NCBI GenBank assembly: GCA_937863565.1
Contig: CALMGJ010000029.1
Location: forward strand, 74,991-119,390
DNA: 44,400 nt
Direction of reading: 5' to 3'
Source: an uncultured bacterium
GTDB lineage: Bacteria; AUK180
Shown: positions 26,740-37,800 of the stretch, in pieces
Layout: each line of letters starts with the position of its first letter
Position numbering within the stretch: position 1 is the first letter of the stretch
Translations under genes and position numbers: made by a program
Notes under the pieces: generated by a model
What the model was told of the DNA's origin: nothing
What the model saw: the letters and a program-made list of their open reading frames with translations, nothing else
The model's database searches: none

Positions 26740-27909
26740 ATGAGGTTCGCACGCAGAATGGACAAACTGGGAGTAGTTGCCTCTTTAGAGGTACTTGCCA
26801 AAGCAACACAGCTTGAAGAAGAAGGAAAGTCCATCATTCATCTCGAGATAGGAGAGCCCGACTTCAATACTCCGGACAATATCAAAGAAGCGTGCAAAAA
26901 AGCGGTGGACGACAATTACACCCATTACAGCCCCCCTGCGGGATTCAAGAAACTGCGGCAGGCGATCGCCGAATATGTAACAAAAGAGCGGGGATTCCAA
27001 GTGGCACCGGAAGAGGTGATCGTTACCACGGGCGGAAAACCCATCATGTACTATGCGCTGACCCTTTTCGCGGAAAGGGGCGATGAGGTCCTTTATCCAA
27101 ACCCGGGATATCCGGTCTACGAATCCGTCATTAATTTCAACGGCGCAAAAGCCATCCCCTATCCTCTCAGGGAAAGCGAGAATTTCTCTTTTAAAAAGGA
27201 CGTGTTCAAATCGCTGATCACACCCCGAACGAAAATGATCATCATCAATTCCCCGGCTAACCCCACGGGAGGCATACTGAGCAAGGATGATCTTGAAACT
27301 ATAGCGGGCATTGCCATCAAGAATGATCTAATCGTTCTTTCAGATGAAATATATTCCCGAATCCTCTATAAGGGAGAATTCATTTCATTGGCTTCGCTTC
27401 CCGGAATGAAGGAACGCACCATAATCCTGGACGGTCTTTCGAAGACCTATGCGATGACAGGATGGAGACTCGGCTGGGGCATCATGAACAAGGATATAGC
27501 AAAGGCAATGAACAAGCTTAACGGGAATATCATATCCTGTGCACCGACCATGGGGCAGATGGCCGCCGTCGAAGCCTTAAAAGGGTCGCAGGGCCCGGTG
27601 GACGAGATGGTGAGCGAATTCAAGGTAAGAAGGGAACTTCTGGTGAACGGCTTGAACAAGATACCCGGATTTAAATGCCTGCTTCCCGAAGGCGCTTTTT
27701 ATGCATTCCCGAATATCAAAGGAACAAAGAAAAACTCGAAAGAACTCGCTGAATATCTTCTTTACGAAGCCGGGGTTGCGCTCCTTCCCGGGAACGCTTT
27801 CGGGAAATACGGGGAAGGATATCTCCGTATCTCTTATGCTAATTCAAGGGAGAATCTCGAGAAAGCCGTTGCTCAGATAGATAAGGCTATAAGTAAACTC
27901 GATATCTGA
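26740..27909 (+). CDS. aspC: Class I/II PLP aminotransferase (aspartate aminotransferase-like)
   Basis: GEPDF, NSPANPTG, SDEIY, SKTYAMTGWRLG, YLRISY. Confidence 0.9.
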   Translation: MRFARRMDKLGVVASLEVLAKATQLEEEGKSIIHLEIGEPDFNTPDNIKEACKKAVDDNYTHYSPPAGFKKLRQAIAEYVTKERGFQVAPEEVIVTTGGKPIMYYALTLFAERGDEVLYPNPGYPVYESVINFNGAKAIPYPLRESENFSFKKDVFKSLITPRTKMIIINSPANPTGGILSKDDLETIAGIAIKNDLIVLSDEIYSRILYKGEFISLASLPGMKERTIILDGLSKTYAMTGWRLGWGIMNKDIAKAMNKLNGNIISCAPTMGQMAAVEALKGSQGPVDEMVSEFKVRRELLVNGLNKIPGFKCLLPEGAFYAFPNIKGTKKNSKELAEYLLYEAGVALLPGNAFGKYGEGYLRISYANSRENLEKAVAQIDKAISKLDI

Positions 27910-27981
27910 TCCGCCCGTTGCACTTTAGAACGCGCACGGCACGGCACACACCGGCATTTTGCCCAAGGTCGTTCACTACGG

Positions 27982-29985
27982 TTAAGCGGTTACCCGGCCG
28001 AAGATCTGATAAACAATAAAAGCGGTTGTGTAAGCGAGCAGAACGCTGTATATGGCGTTGAGGATCATCCATTTTACACCTATCTCTTTTCTAATGGCCG
28101 CAAGGGTCGCCACGCAAGGTGTATAGATCATACTGAATACCATAAAGGAAAAAGCGGATGCCGGAGGGAAGAGCCCACGGATATGCTCGATGATATCCCC
28201 GCTGCCCGAAGAGATTAGCGCTCCAAGCGTGCTTATCACCTGCTCTTTCGCGACAAAACCCGTAACAAGAGCAACGGCAGCTTTCCAGTTCCCGAAACCC
28301 AGCGGAGTGAAAAATCCGGCAAGAAAATGCCCTATCCGTCCGAGCACCGTCGTTTCCGAAGCATAAGGGACATCTCCGGGGAAACTTGCCAGCGCCCAGA
28401 TGATGACCACCGAAAAGAAGATGATAGTACCTGCTTTCTTCAGGAATTCCCTGACATTCATCCACATTTCCTTGAACATATATTCCGGTTTGGGCAGCCT
28501 GTAGGGCGGAAGTTCTATGATCAGATCACTTTCCACTTTACGGAAGAAAAGCCTTTTAAAGATCACCGCGGAAAGGAAAGCTGTAAGAATACTCATGATG
28601 TACAGACCGAATATCACGAGCACTTTATGCCTGGGGAAAAACGCGGACGTAAAGATCAGGATTATCGGCAGGCGTGCGGAGCAAGCGATAAAAGGCATCA
28701 CCATAACGGTCAGTATCCTGTCCTTTTTCGCGTCAAGCGTCCTTGTCGCAAGGATAGCCGGGACATTGCAGCCGAATCCGAGCATGAAAGGAATGAAGGA
28801 TTTTCCGTGAAGGCCCGCAGCATGCATCAATTTATCCATAAGAAATGCTGCTCGTGAGATATAACCCGTATCTTCAAGGAAAGAGAGAAGGAGGAACATG
28901 ATCATGATATTAGGAAGGAATATGATCACGCTCCCGATACCGGGGATGATGCCCCTTGAAAGAAGAGAGGAAATGCCCGCGGGTATCCCCTTTACGGAAC
29001 TGAGTTTCATCGCCCCGGCGGATAAAAGACCGAACAATCTCTCCAGGATGTTCTGAAGAGGGGCGCCTAGGCTGAATACTGCCCAGAACAGACCGAATAT
29101 TGCAAGGAGGAAAATGAGGAATCCCAAAAAAGGATGAATGAACAATGAGTCAAGTCGGTCATGGATGTCCTTCCCGTTGTTCTTTCGGGCGGGTCTTTTT
29201 ACTACCGTTTCTTTAAGGAGACCTTTAATATAGCCGATACGGGCTGAAGAAAAATATATCTCCGTATCGCGGAGGGCCAGAATTTCAACCGACTCCCTGA
29301 ATGTTTCAAAAAGGCCGTAGGAACCCGAGTCTGCGGCCGCCTTTTTCGCATAATGGTCGTTCTCGCAGAAATTGATGAGGAACCATTTGGGATCATGGGG
29401 TATCTTTTCCATGACCGCCTGATGCCTGCCCGAGAACTCGGTCATCAACGAGTCTATTTTCGGGTCGACGGGAAGGGAAAATGAATTGGCCGGAAGGTCT
29501 TCCTTTAGAAGGTTCAATATCTCGTTCAATCCTTCGCATCCGGCAACAGCCGCAGGGACAATGGGGGTTTTCAGTATCCTCGATATCGTTTCGGTATCTA
29601 CCATCATCCCCTTTTTCCTCACCTCGTCCATCATATTAAAGACCAGGATCACGGGGATCTTCACAAATTCTAGAAGCTGGATCACCGGAAAAAGGTTGCG
29701 TTCGATATTGTTCGCGTCAATGATTGCTATGATCTTATCGAATCGCCCCTTTATGAGCGCGTCTTTCACGATACCTTCGTCAGGTGAATTTGGAATGAGA
29801 TTGTATAACCCCGGAAGATCGTGTATATGGAATTCTATATCGGAAAAACTGCAGATCCCGCGGATGCATTCTACGGTCACTCCGCAGAGATTGCCAACTT
29901 TTTCCGTGGCTCCCGTCAGAGCATTGAAAAGAGTGGTCTTCCCTGAATTGGGCGTTCCGATAAGGGCTATATTGAGCCTTTTCAC
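27982..29985 (-). CDS. feoB: Ferrous iron transporter B
   Basis: GTPNSGKTT, GVTVE, DLPG, NMMD, GFGCNVP, CSAR, YTPC. Confidence 0.95.
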   Translation of the reverse strand: MKRLNIALIGTPNSGKTTLFNALTGATEKVGNLCGVTVECIRGICSFSDIEFHIHDLPGLYNLIPNSPDEGIVKDALIKGRFDKIIAIIDANNIERNLFPVIQLLEFVKIPVILVFNMMDEVRKKGMMVDTETISRILKTPIVPAAVAGCEGLNEILNLLKEDLPANSFSLPVDPKIDSLMTEFSGRHQAVMEKIPHDPKWFLINFCENDHYAKKAAADSGSYGLFETFRESVEILALRDTEIYFSSARIGYIKGLLKETVVKRPARKNNGKDIHDRLDSLFIHPFLGFLIFLLAIFGLFWAVFSLGAPLQNILERLFGLLSAGAMKLSSVKGIPAGISSLLSRGIIPGIGSVIIFLPNIMIMFLLLSFLEDTGYISRAAFLMDKLMHAAGLHGKSFIPFMLGFGCNVPAILATRTLDAKKDRILTVMVMPFIACSARLPIILIFTSAFFPRHKVLVIFGLYIMSILTAFLSAVIFKRLFFRKVESDLIIELPPYRLPKPEYMFKEMWMNVREFLKKAGTIIFFSVVIIWALASFPGDVPYASETTVLGRIGHFLAGFFTPLGFGNWKAAVALVTGFVAKEQVISTLGALISSGSGDIIEHIRGLFPPASAFSFMVFSMIYTPCVATLAAIRKEIGVKWMILNAIYSVLLAYTTAFIVYQIFGRVTA

Positions 29986-30209
29986 CTTTTTACGGGTTCG
30001 ACAACGATCTTTACGGCAATGCCTCTTCCTATGCCGAGCTTGAGATCCTCTATTTTGACCACCATCTGTCCCCTGAAGGCATTCTGAACGACCACGAGGA
30101 CCACACCCGGTCTCAGCCCCAGGTCCATCGCTTTCTTTACCATCATCTGTCCGCCCATGATACTCTCAACTTTAACGGTCTGGCCGCTCTTGGCTTCAGT
30201 TAATGTCAC
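29982..30209 (-). CDS. feoA: Ferrous iron transport protein A
   Basis: DLGLRPG...LGIGRGIAVKIVV. Probable GTG start at 30209, just after the regulator stop. Confidence 0.85.
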   Translation of the reverse strand: MTLTEAKSGQTVKVESIMGGQMMVKKAMDLGLRPGVVLVVVQNAFRGQMVVKIEDLKLGIGRGIAVKIVVEPVKR

Positions 30210-30213
30210 GTTC

Positions 30214-30840
30214 CTATTCCACCGTGATCTTTTTAGCCTCGGTTTGCCCGAGATACACATAGCATCCCCGGCAGAATACTTCGAAAATGTTCCTGTCCGG
30301 AGATATCCTCTCAAGGAAGATCCTGTCTCCCTTTTTCAGGTCGGCGACCGGCATCCGGCCATCGATGCTCTTGATAAGGCCGTTTGAAGCGGCTTCCATG
30401 AGGATGAGATTTATCGGTCCCTGTCCCCTTCTTTTTTTCTTATCCTTTTCATTTTCCCGGGTGCTCAATGCTTTCTTCAGTTTTTCTATGTCTTTATCAT
30501 CCAGGATATGTTCGAGTTCGCACGCCGCCTTAAAGGCCTTCTTCGTTTCAAGGCATGCCACTTCCCTGAAATATCTCTGTATCACTTTATGTTTTGAATA
30601 GATCTTTGACGCCGCGCGTATGCCTCCGGGTTCAAGATAGATGTATCTGTGTTTCTCATAATATATATGACCCGCATCCTGGAGTTTTTTGAGTGCGGAG
30701 ATCGCAGATGAATTCTTCACGTTCATGCGATCGGTGATATGCTTGACCCGTATCGAGCGGTTGGAGAAACTCAGTTCCAGCACAGCTTCGAGATAATCCT
30801 CAAGGCTTTTAGTAAGACCGTTCCCATTTTGTAGTTTCAT
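30214..30840 (-). CDS. DtxR/MntR-family metal-dependent repressor
   Basis: SLEDYLEA, HTH region, KH, ACELEH; FeoA-like C-terminal domain. Confidence 0.9.
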   Translation of the reverse strand: MKLQNGNGLTKSLEDYLEAVLELSFSNRSIRVKHITDRMNVKNSSAISALKKLQDAGHIYYEKHRYIYLEPGGIRAASKIYSKHKVIQRYFREVACLETKKAFKAACELEHILDDKDIEKLKKALSTRENEKDKKKRRGQGPINLILMEAASNGLIKSIDGRMPVADLKKGDRIFLERISPDRNIFEVFCRGCYVYLGQTEAKKITVE

Positions 30841-30853
30841 CTACTTTTAATTG

Positions 30854-30882
30854 ACTATACTATTTTTTATCTATTTTGTCAA
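30854..30882 (-). promoter_or_regulatory. sigma70 promoter of DtxR-feoAB operon
   Basis: TTGACA-17 bp-TATAGT on the minus strand. Confidence 0.75.
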
Positions 30883-31011
30883 GTATTATTCGAATATTTT
30901 TATGGTTGGGAGAAAAGGACAGGTGAAGTTTGCCAAAACAGCACTTTTGGGGGCATAGAACCGGGAAAAATAAATAAAACTGCTATTTATTGTTTACGGT
31001 AGATGAAAAGA

Positions 31012-31707
31012 TCATCCGTTCCGCAATTTCGAAAGAATGGTCCCGAATTCATTCCAGGGTTCGCGGCTCGGGGGCGGAACCGCTTTGAATTCCATGGCGA
31101 TCTTAGAGACGGGATGAACGAGACCGATCCTATATGACCACAGGGCAAGTTCCGTGGTCATTTTTTCCTTATCCGGCCCGTATTTATGGTCGCCGATTAT
31201 ATAATGTCCTCTTGAGGCGAATTGGAACCGGATCTGATGGCTCCTTCCCGTGATGAGCATGATCCGGACAAGGGTCGTTCCGGCCGCTCTTCCGAGGGTT
31301 TTCCAGGAAAGCTCCGCGTTCTTCCCTACTTCCTCTTCTGAAGACGAAGCAAGGCGTTTTTTTGAGTCTTTCGTTATGATATCCTTATATCTGCCGCGGC
31401 CCTCTAATTTCCCATTCACAACGGCAAGGTATTCTTTGGTCATTTCCTTCTTCCTTATAAGTTCGCTCAACCTAGAAGCGGATTTGGAATTGCGGGCGAA
31501 TACCATCAAACCTCCGGCCGGGCGGTCCAGTCTGTGCAAAAGGCCCAGAAAGACATTCCCCGGCTTACCGTACTCTTCCTTGATATATTTTTTCAGTACC
31601 GAAAGCATGTCGGGGTCCCCGGACATATCCTCCTGGGAAGGCATATTAAAGGGTTTTACGGCAATGATGATCTGATTGTCCTTATATATTACCTCGGGAT
31701 AACTCAT
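31012..31707 (-). CDS. RluA-family pseudouridine synthase
   Basis: VKP, HRLDRPAGG, TGRSHQIR, GDHKYG. Start at ATG 31707 (ATGA overlap). Confidence 0.9.
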   Translation of the reverse strand: MSYPEVIYKDNQIIIAVKPFNMPSQEDMSGDPDMLSVLKKYIKEEYGKPGNVFLGLLHRLDRPAGGLMVFARNSKSASRLSELIRKKEMTKEYLAVVNGKLEGRGRYKDIITKDSKKRLASSSEEEVGKNAELSWKTLGRAAGTTLVRIMLITGRSHQIRFQFASRGHYIIGDHKYGPDKEKMTTELALWSYRIGLVHPVSKIAMEFKAVPPPSREPWNEFGTILSKLRNG

Positions 31708-32585
31708 CTTGACCACATGGCATAGATCCCCGCAGGCAGTACAAATCCTATTTCTCCGAACGGTATGCCGAGTTCCCCTGAGACGATATCCCCGCCGAGG
31801 GCACCGAGAGAACATTGAAGAAGATTGCGGAGGGCGAAATGAGAATATTCCGCAGTATAACAGTTCATCAGAAAAAGAACGGGCTCTTCCGAAAGAATGC
31901 CCGATGATGCCGTCACAAGATCTTGAAGAGATATTTCAAGTTTCCACAGTTCTCCGTCAGGACCTCTTCCGTAAGACGGAGGGTCCATTACTATCGCGTC
32001 GTATTTATTCCCCCTTCTGGCTTCTCTTTTAATGAATTTCATCGCATCATCCACGAGAAAGCGTATCTTATGTTTTTCAAGACCGCATAATTTCACATTC
32101 TCCTGAGCCCAATTCACTGTTTTCGGGGAAGCGTCAAGATGGACGATCTCTTCGGCGCCGGCATCTGCCATTACACATGTAAGGGCTCCGGTGTAAGCAA
32201 AGAGGTTCAGGACCCGTTTCGGGTAAGTCCTTTGAAATATGTTCTTCACGCGTTCCCAATTCGCTGATTGTTCCGGGAAAATCCCCGTATGTTTATAGGA
32301 TGTAGGCTTTATTTTAAAATTCAGATCACCGTAACGTATGTTCCATTCTTTGGGTACATCCGTCCTGAATTCCCAATGCCCGGCGCCCTTTTTATCTCTC
32401 AGATACGATGCGTCGGCATTATCCCATTCCGAATCGGAAAGCGTTCTTTTCCATATCGCCTGCGTATCCGGCCGTCTGAGAATAAATTTTCCCCAACGTT
32501 CGAGCTTCTCGCCGGCGCCGGCATCGCGAAGCTCATAATCCATCCATATTTTTCCGGGAAAACCGTCTGTTATTTCCATGAACAC
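31704..32585 (-). CDS. Class I SAM-dependent (rRNA) methyltransferase, RlmI/RlmK-like
   Basis: GEKLERWG, HTGIFPEQ, VLNLFAYTG, MDPPSYG. Confidence 0.85.
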   Translation of the reverse strand: MFMEITDGFPGKIWMDYELRDAGAGEKLERWGKFILRRPDTQAIWKRTLSDSEWDNADASYLRDKKGAGHWEFRTDVPKEWNIRYGDLNFKIKPTSYKHTGIFPEQSANWERVKNIFQRTYPKRVLNLFAYTGALTCVMADAGAEEIVHLDASPKTVNWAQENVKLCGLEKHKIRFLVDDAMKFIKREARRGNKYDAIVMDPPSYGRGPDGELWKLEISLQDLVTASSGILSEEPVLFLMNCYTAEYSHFALRNLLQCSLGALGGDIVSGELGIPFGEIGFVLPAGIYAMWSR

Positions 32586-32610
32586 CTCTCTTTCACATCC
32601 TCACGCGGTC

Positions 32611-33885
32611 TCATGCGGATTGTATCTCATTCGCTTTGAAAAGCGCATATCTTGTCAATATGGGGCCTATGATCTCGAAAAATATACATGTGGCCGTCAC
32701 TGTGGTGAGAACCATGGAACCGAGCCTGTCCCCGGATGTCATGCCGGTAGCCGCATCGACTACTTTCCCGAGCCCGGAGAAATCATGTTTGATTATCAAA
32801 GAAAGACCGATAGCTACGCCTGCCTGCGACAGGATGCCGAGCCCCAGATATTTTTTGATATTCTCCTCAGTTTTTCCGATGATCGATCCCAGTCTGGCGC
32901 CGCCTATCAGGCCTGCAGATCTTGTAATGATGTAAACTATTCCGAGAAGGCCCAGGGACGGAAGAGAAGATAAGTGCAGATTCGCACCGGCCAGCGCGAA
33001 GAAGAGAACGAACAAAAGGGGAAGAACGGCGCTCAGCTGGTCGTGGATCTTCTGGATCAGGCTTGACGGTTGAGTATTAATGATCACGATGCCGACGACC
33101 ATATTCGTCAGTATGATGGATAAATGCAGCATGCTGCAAAGACCTGCCGAGAGAAGTACGAAGCCGAATGTCAGTATAAGTACATCATTAGTGATCTTGA
33201 GCCTTTTGAGAAGATAACAGTAAATAAGAGATATCAGATATCCTATAATGAGGCTTAAGAAGATCTCCTTGAGAGGCAGCAGTATCAGCTGTGCGAGCGG
33301 CACGGCCGCTGCGCCCGTTTCTCTCAGAAGTGCTGTTCTTGCTATTGCGGCGGCGAACCCGAAGATCATTATGGCAAGGCCGTCATCAAAGCCCACGACC
33401 GCATAAAGAGCGCTTGTGAGAGAACCTTTCGCTTTGTATTCCCTTATGACCGCGACTGTTCCGGCAGGCGCACTTGCCGGCGCTACCGAAGCGAAGATAA
33501 GCGATACGGCAAGGTCTCTTGTGAGAAGGAATACGGCCAGAAGGACAAGAAAGAAAGCCCCGAATGATTCCGCGAAGATCACGGTGATTATTCCTTTCCC
33601 CTGCTTTTTAAGTATCTTCATGCTAAGTTCGATACCGATGCTGAGAGCGACAAAACCGAGCGCCATCTCGGTGATGAAGGACAGCTGCTGCTGCAGCGTA
33701 TCATTAAAAAGATCAAGGAAGGAAGGCCCGAGAACGACTCCGAAGACCATATAACCGATTATCAGGGGAAGTCTTACATATTTCATCGTTTTCCCGAAGT
33801 AGAAAGAAAGAATGACCAGCGTTCCTACCAGGAAAAGAGGAGTGAAATGGAAAGACCTGAGAAGAGCTTGAAGGGATGAGATCAT
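32611..33885 (-). CDS. Cation:proton antiporter (CPA2/Kef-like)
   Basis: About 12 TM helices; APA, VVGFDD, QAGVAIGL, EIIGP. Confidence 0.88.
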   Translation of the reverse strand: MISSLQALLRSFHFTPLFLVGTLVILSFYFGKTMKYVRLPLIIGYMVFGVVLGPSFLDLFNDTLQQQLSFITEMALGFVALSIGIELSMKILKKQGKGIITVIFAESFGAFFLVLLAVFLLTRDLAVSLIFASVAPASAPAGTVAVIREYKAKGSLTSALYAVVGFDDGLAIMIFGFAAAIARTALLRETGAAAVPLAQLILLPLKEIFLSLIIGYLISLIYCYLLKRLKITNDVLILTFGFVLLSAGLCSMLHLSIILTNMVVGIVIINTQPSSLIQKIHDQLSAVLPLLFVLFFALAGANLHLSSLPSLGLLGIVYIITRSAGLIGGARLGSIIGKTEENIKKYLGLGILSQAGVAIGLSLIIKHDFSGLGKVVDAATGMTSGDRLGSMVLTTVTATCIFFEIIGPILTRYALFKANEIQSA

Positions 33886-33893
33886 ATTTCCGC

Positions 33894-34712
33894 CTAAAGT
33901 TCGATTCCACCCGAAATATACGAGATCTCGTTCATAATGACCAGTAGCCCCGTCTTGTTCTCAAGCGTTTCGATGATGGATTCCAGTTTCCCGAGAATGC
34001 TGTTCGTGAGCTTCTTGGGGACTGTTGCAAAGATGAGGCGGTTGAAAGTATCTTCGGCGGGCGTCCAGAAACTCGCCAGAAGGGGCATGGCATTGAAATA
34101 TCTGCTTGCGGCATTGCCTTCCAACACCATGATCTGGCAGCCTTCCGTCTCCGATAGAAGTTCCAGAACTTCATTAAATCGCTCTTCGACTTGAACGAAT
34201 ACGCGGAGAAAAGTGCTTTCGCTTCCCTGGGGAGATGACATTCCGCCGTACATCTCGAGCGATGAAAGGAATGCCCCTCTTACTTCTTCTGCAGTACGCG
34301 CGGAACTGATCTTTTCTACATTATCTTTTGATTTCAGAACCCTGGCGATATCAGCCAGAAGTTTTATATGGAGCTTGCGATTATCCTGCGGAGCGATTAT
34401 AAAAACGAAGAACCGGGTTGGAGACCCGTCAAGTGACTTGAAATCGAGGCCCCCGGGAACCGAGATCATACCTAATACAAAATCCTCGAGACCCGATAGG
34501 ACACAATGAGGAATGGCAATGCCTCCGGTAAAACCGGTGGATGCCAGGTCTTCTCTCTCTTTAAGGGCGGTGACGAGACGGGCTCTGTCCTGTTTTTTCA
34601 TTATGGGGTTTTTCAAAGCGAGGTCGGCTACTTTTTCAAGTACCGAACTTTTATCCGCCAGATCAGCCCCGAGCTCTATAGAATCGATGTGAAAAATCTT
34701 TTGAAGGTCCAT
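33894..34712 (-). CDS. PTS EIIA (Ntr/Fru-type) domain protein with C-terminal extra domain
   Basis: REDLASTGFTGGIAIPH (phospho-His motif), HIKLLADIAR; ~110-aa C-terminal domain. Confidence 0.85.
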   Translation of the reverse strand: MDLQKIFHIDSIELGADLADKSSVLEKVADLALKNPIMKKQDRARLVTALKEREDLASTGFTGGIAIPHCVLSGLEDFVLGMISVPGGLDFKSLDGSPTRFFVFIIAPQDNRKLHIKLLADIARVLKSKDNVEKISSARTAEEVRGAFLSSLEMYGGMSSPQGSESTFLRVFVQVEERFNEVLELLSETEGCQIMVLEGNAASRYFNAMPLLASFWTPAEDTFNRLIFATVPKKLTNSILGKLESIIETLENKTGLLVIMNEISYISGGIEL

Positions 34713-34744
34713 AAACGCTCCATGAACGACCGGTAATTTGTTCT

Positions 34745-34772
34745 ATTATACAACTTCCTCAGGTATTTTCAA
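34745..34772 (-). promoter_or_regulatory. Putative sigma70 promoter of PTS-IIA/antiporter operon
   Basis: TTGAAA-16 bp-TATAAT on the minus strand. Confidence 0.6.
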
Positions 34773-34846
34773 GGGCCGGAACGCTCAGTGTGGAACAGAT
34801 GTATCCGATCATATTCCCGCCGGGTATGCCGGCCGGAGAAGGATGT

Positions 34847-37800
34847 TCAATCGCTCTTTTTGCGTTTCAGAAGATAATCGTTTTCAAGCCGTTTCCGGGC
34901 GCGCTCATAGGGTTTTGCCCCGCCGCCTCTCACTCTGGTGCAAAGGACCCTTGTCGCAAATACATCGTACAAGTGGTCCTTATTGTGTTTTCTCTGTTCT
35001 CCGATAAGAGCCGCAAGATCACCCTTCTCGAAATATGTTTTAATGATCTTTGCCGTATCGTCCATGTTCACTATATTCCCGAAAAGACCCGACGGATCCT
35101 TCGCTGTTTCCCGGTACAGTTCTTCATCGGAATTCTCGAAAGCCAGAGCGGCTTTCCAGAGTAAGGAATATACGGGATCCCGTATAGGCACATCCCTGAA
35201 CACGCCTATATCGCCAAATACCCAGAAATACCTGAGAAGGCACTCGAAGAAATTGTCGGTCAGATCGGGAAAACGTTTTTCATATTCCCTGAAAAGGTCA
35301 ATGAACCCGTTCTTGTCTCCAAGTATTATCCTCTCGTATAATTTAAACTGGTGATATGAAAGGATGCTGTAAGTATCATTGCATAATTCGGCGTATGTCC
35401 TGAAGCGTTCCAACTCCTGATAAAGTTCACGGAATCTGTTCATTTCGAAGAATATTTTCAGGATATTGGAGAAAATTATCGCGGAGCCTATGGCAGAACC
35501 CAGCATTTCCGCGATCTTCAAAGCTTTTCCGTAATACCTGAGGGCTTTTGAAAGTTTTTGCGCCTGCATATAGATATTTCCGAGGCTGCCGAGAGCGTTC
35601 ATTACTGCTTTATCGTTCAGTATGCTCATGCCCTCCTTGTATTGTTCTTTGTAGTATCTCTCTGCCTTAAGCATGTTTCTCAAATTGTAATGAACATTAC
35701 CGAGATTCCCCAATATATTCACTTCAAGATCGAGCTGGAGCTTTTTTCTCCTCAGAGCCCTTCTATATATCTTGAGAGATTCGGCCAGTTTATCATTGTA
35801 CATGAATACCAGGGCAAGATTCATCTCGGCAGCGAATCTCTTGCGGCGGTCATTCTCCTCATTAATCACGCTTTTAAAATACTCTTCCGCCTTACCATAC
35901 TCCATCCTGTACATCGCGATCAGAGCCAGGGTGCCTTTTTTATCGCTTAAATAGGCGGCGTTTTCCACTTTTTCAAGTTCTTTTTCGGATAGATCGAATA
36001 ACCCTTTCGCGCAAAGGAAAGAGGCAAGGGCAGACCGGACAGCATCCGCTTTTTTCGCTCTTTTCAAAAGATCCCTGTAGCGTTCTTCCAATCCGTCCCA
36101 ACGGCCCAACCGCTCCAGTACTTCCAGCTTCTTCAGAACATAGGCTTCTTTCAGTTCCGGGGTCTCGGACATCTTCTCAAGACGGTCGTAGATATCAAGG
36201 ACCTTTAAATTATCGTTTCCACCTGAAAGGACTTTCAGAGCGGCTCCGAAAGCCCTTTTCGCTTTTATTTTTTCGCCTGCCTTGTCAGCATATAATCCGG
36301 CACGGTACGCATCCGCATCGTTCATGGCCGACCTGTACAGTTCAAAGTATACGGGTTTTTTATTGGAAAAAAGGATCAGCGACTCCACAGCATTCCTGAA
36401 TGACGTATCCTTGATAATGTAATTGCCTCTTCCGGCAGGATGCAGAATGCCTTTCCGTTTTAATTGTTCTATAACCGCACATTCGGGGACATTCCCGAAA
36501 ATTTTCCTGTATACGGAAAGCGGGATCTCGTCGCAGAACAAGGCCATGTTCCTGAGCGTTGTTTTCTCGTCTGCAGAAAGCCTGTCATATTCCGAGAGGT
36601 ACAACGTTTCCAGAGTAAAATCCTCGATCAGCGCGTGAAGACGGGGACTTTCAAGGTAGCCTCCGCTAAGTATGTATTCAAAGAGCTTCCTTGTGAAAAG
36701 AGGATTCCCTTTCGTGACTTTATAGAGGATCGCGTTCACATTCTCTTTCAAGGCATATCCGAATATCCGTTTTATGAACTCGCCGTGCTCCTCAACGGTA
36801 AGAGCATCAAGCAAGATCGCAGGCTGTTCTTCGCCTGCGGTTACGATCGTGAGCGGGATATCCGAATCTTTGAGTTCTTTGATCATTTCAAGATCGCTAT
36901 AATCGCTTTGAGCCAGGTCATCCCAGAAAAGAGCGAACGCTTTGCCGTTTATTAGTATTTTGAGGAATTTTTTAAGGGAACGGCATTCTGCTTTCAAACG
37001 GGCTTCTGCAGATAGTCCCAATGAACGCGTTTTTTTCAAAGGGATACCGAAAATATCCGATAGAAAAGGTTCGATACCCTTCAATTCATCCCTTACTTCC
37101 CTTTCGGCATTCGAATATACAGCGCCCCATTTACTGACGAAAGCCCGGTGCAGTTTTTCTCCGGTAAGCCTTTCTGTGCCGAGAAGTTTCCCGATCAGGG
37201 TCTTGAACACAAAGAACTTTTCATTGCGCGGATATGAAATAAACAGACTTTCAAGACCTTTTACTTTCGAAGCGGCATATCTCAGGAAAAAGCTTTTACC
37301 GCAACCCTTGACGCCTCCAACCGGGATCAAGGAGCATTTTCGACCGTAATTGATCGAACGAAGAGCTTTTCCGATGCCTTCCGTTATCAAGGGTTCTTCC
37401 CTGAATTCCTTCTCCCCTTTGACCTTGTATAAATCCCTCTTTCCATTGAAACCCTTAAGTGCCGCGGAACCTTTCAAGACCGTCTCGAACCCGTAATGCC
37501 TCATATCATCCGAGATGATCGCCTCTCCGGATGAAGCTTTCTGCATGAGGCGGGCGGCAAGGTTAACACTTTGTGAAAGAGCCGTTTTTCTGTTCAGTAT
37601 CATGCCGCAGAATGCCTCGCCGTAACTGATGCCGGCCTTGCCCCTGCCTTTCAGTACTCTCAGTAATCCAAGCACCGCATTCAGAGTAACTTCCTTCGGA
37701 TTGCCGGGCATCTTCTCAAGACCGCAGAACAGCACGGCAACAATACCCTTATCGATGTTCTCTATTCCGCTCAAATAGAAATATCCTTCCGAGGACAGTT

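Noticed and set aside
27910-27981. GCACG micro-repeats between the convergent aminotransferase and feoB genes
   Set aside because: Too short, with no clean terminator or ncRNA structure to support a call.
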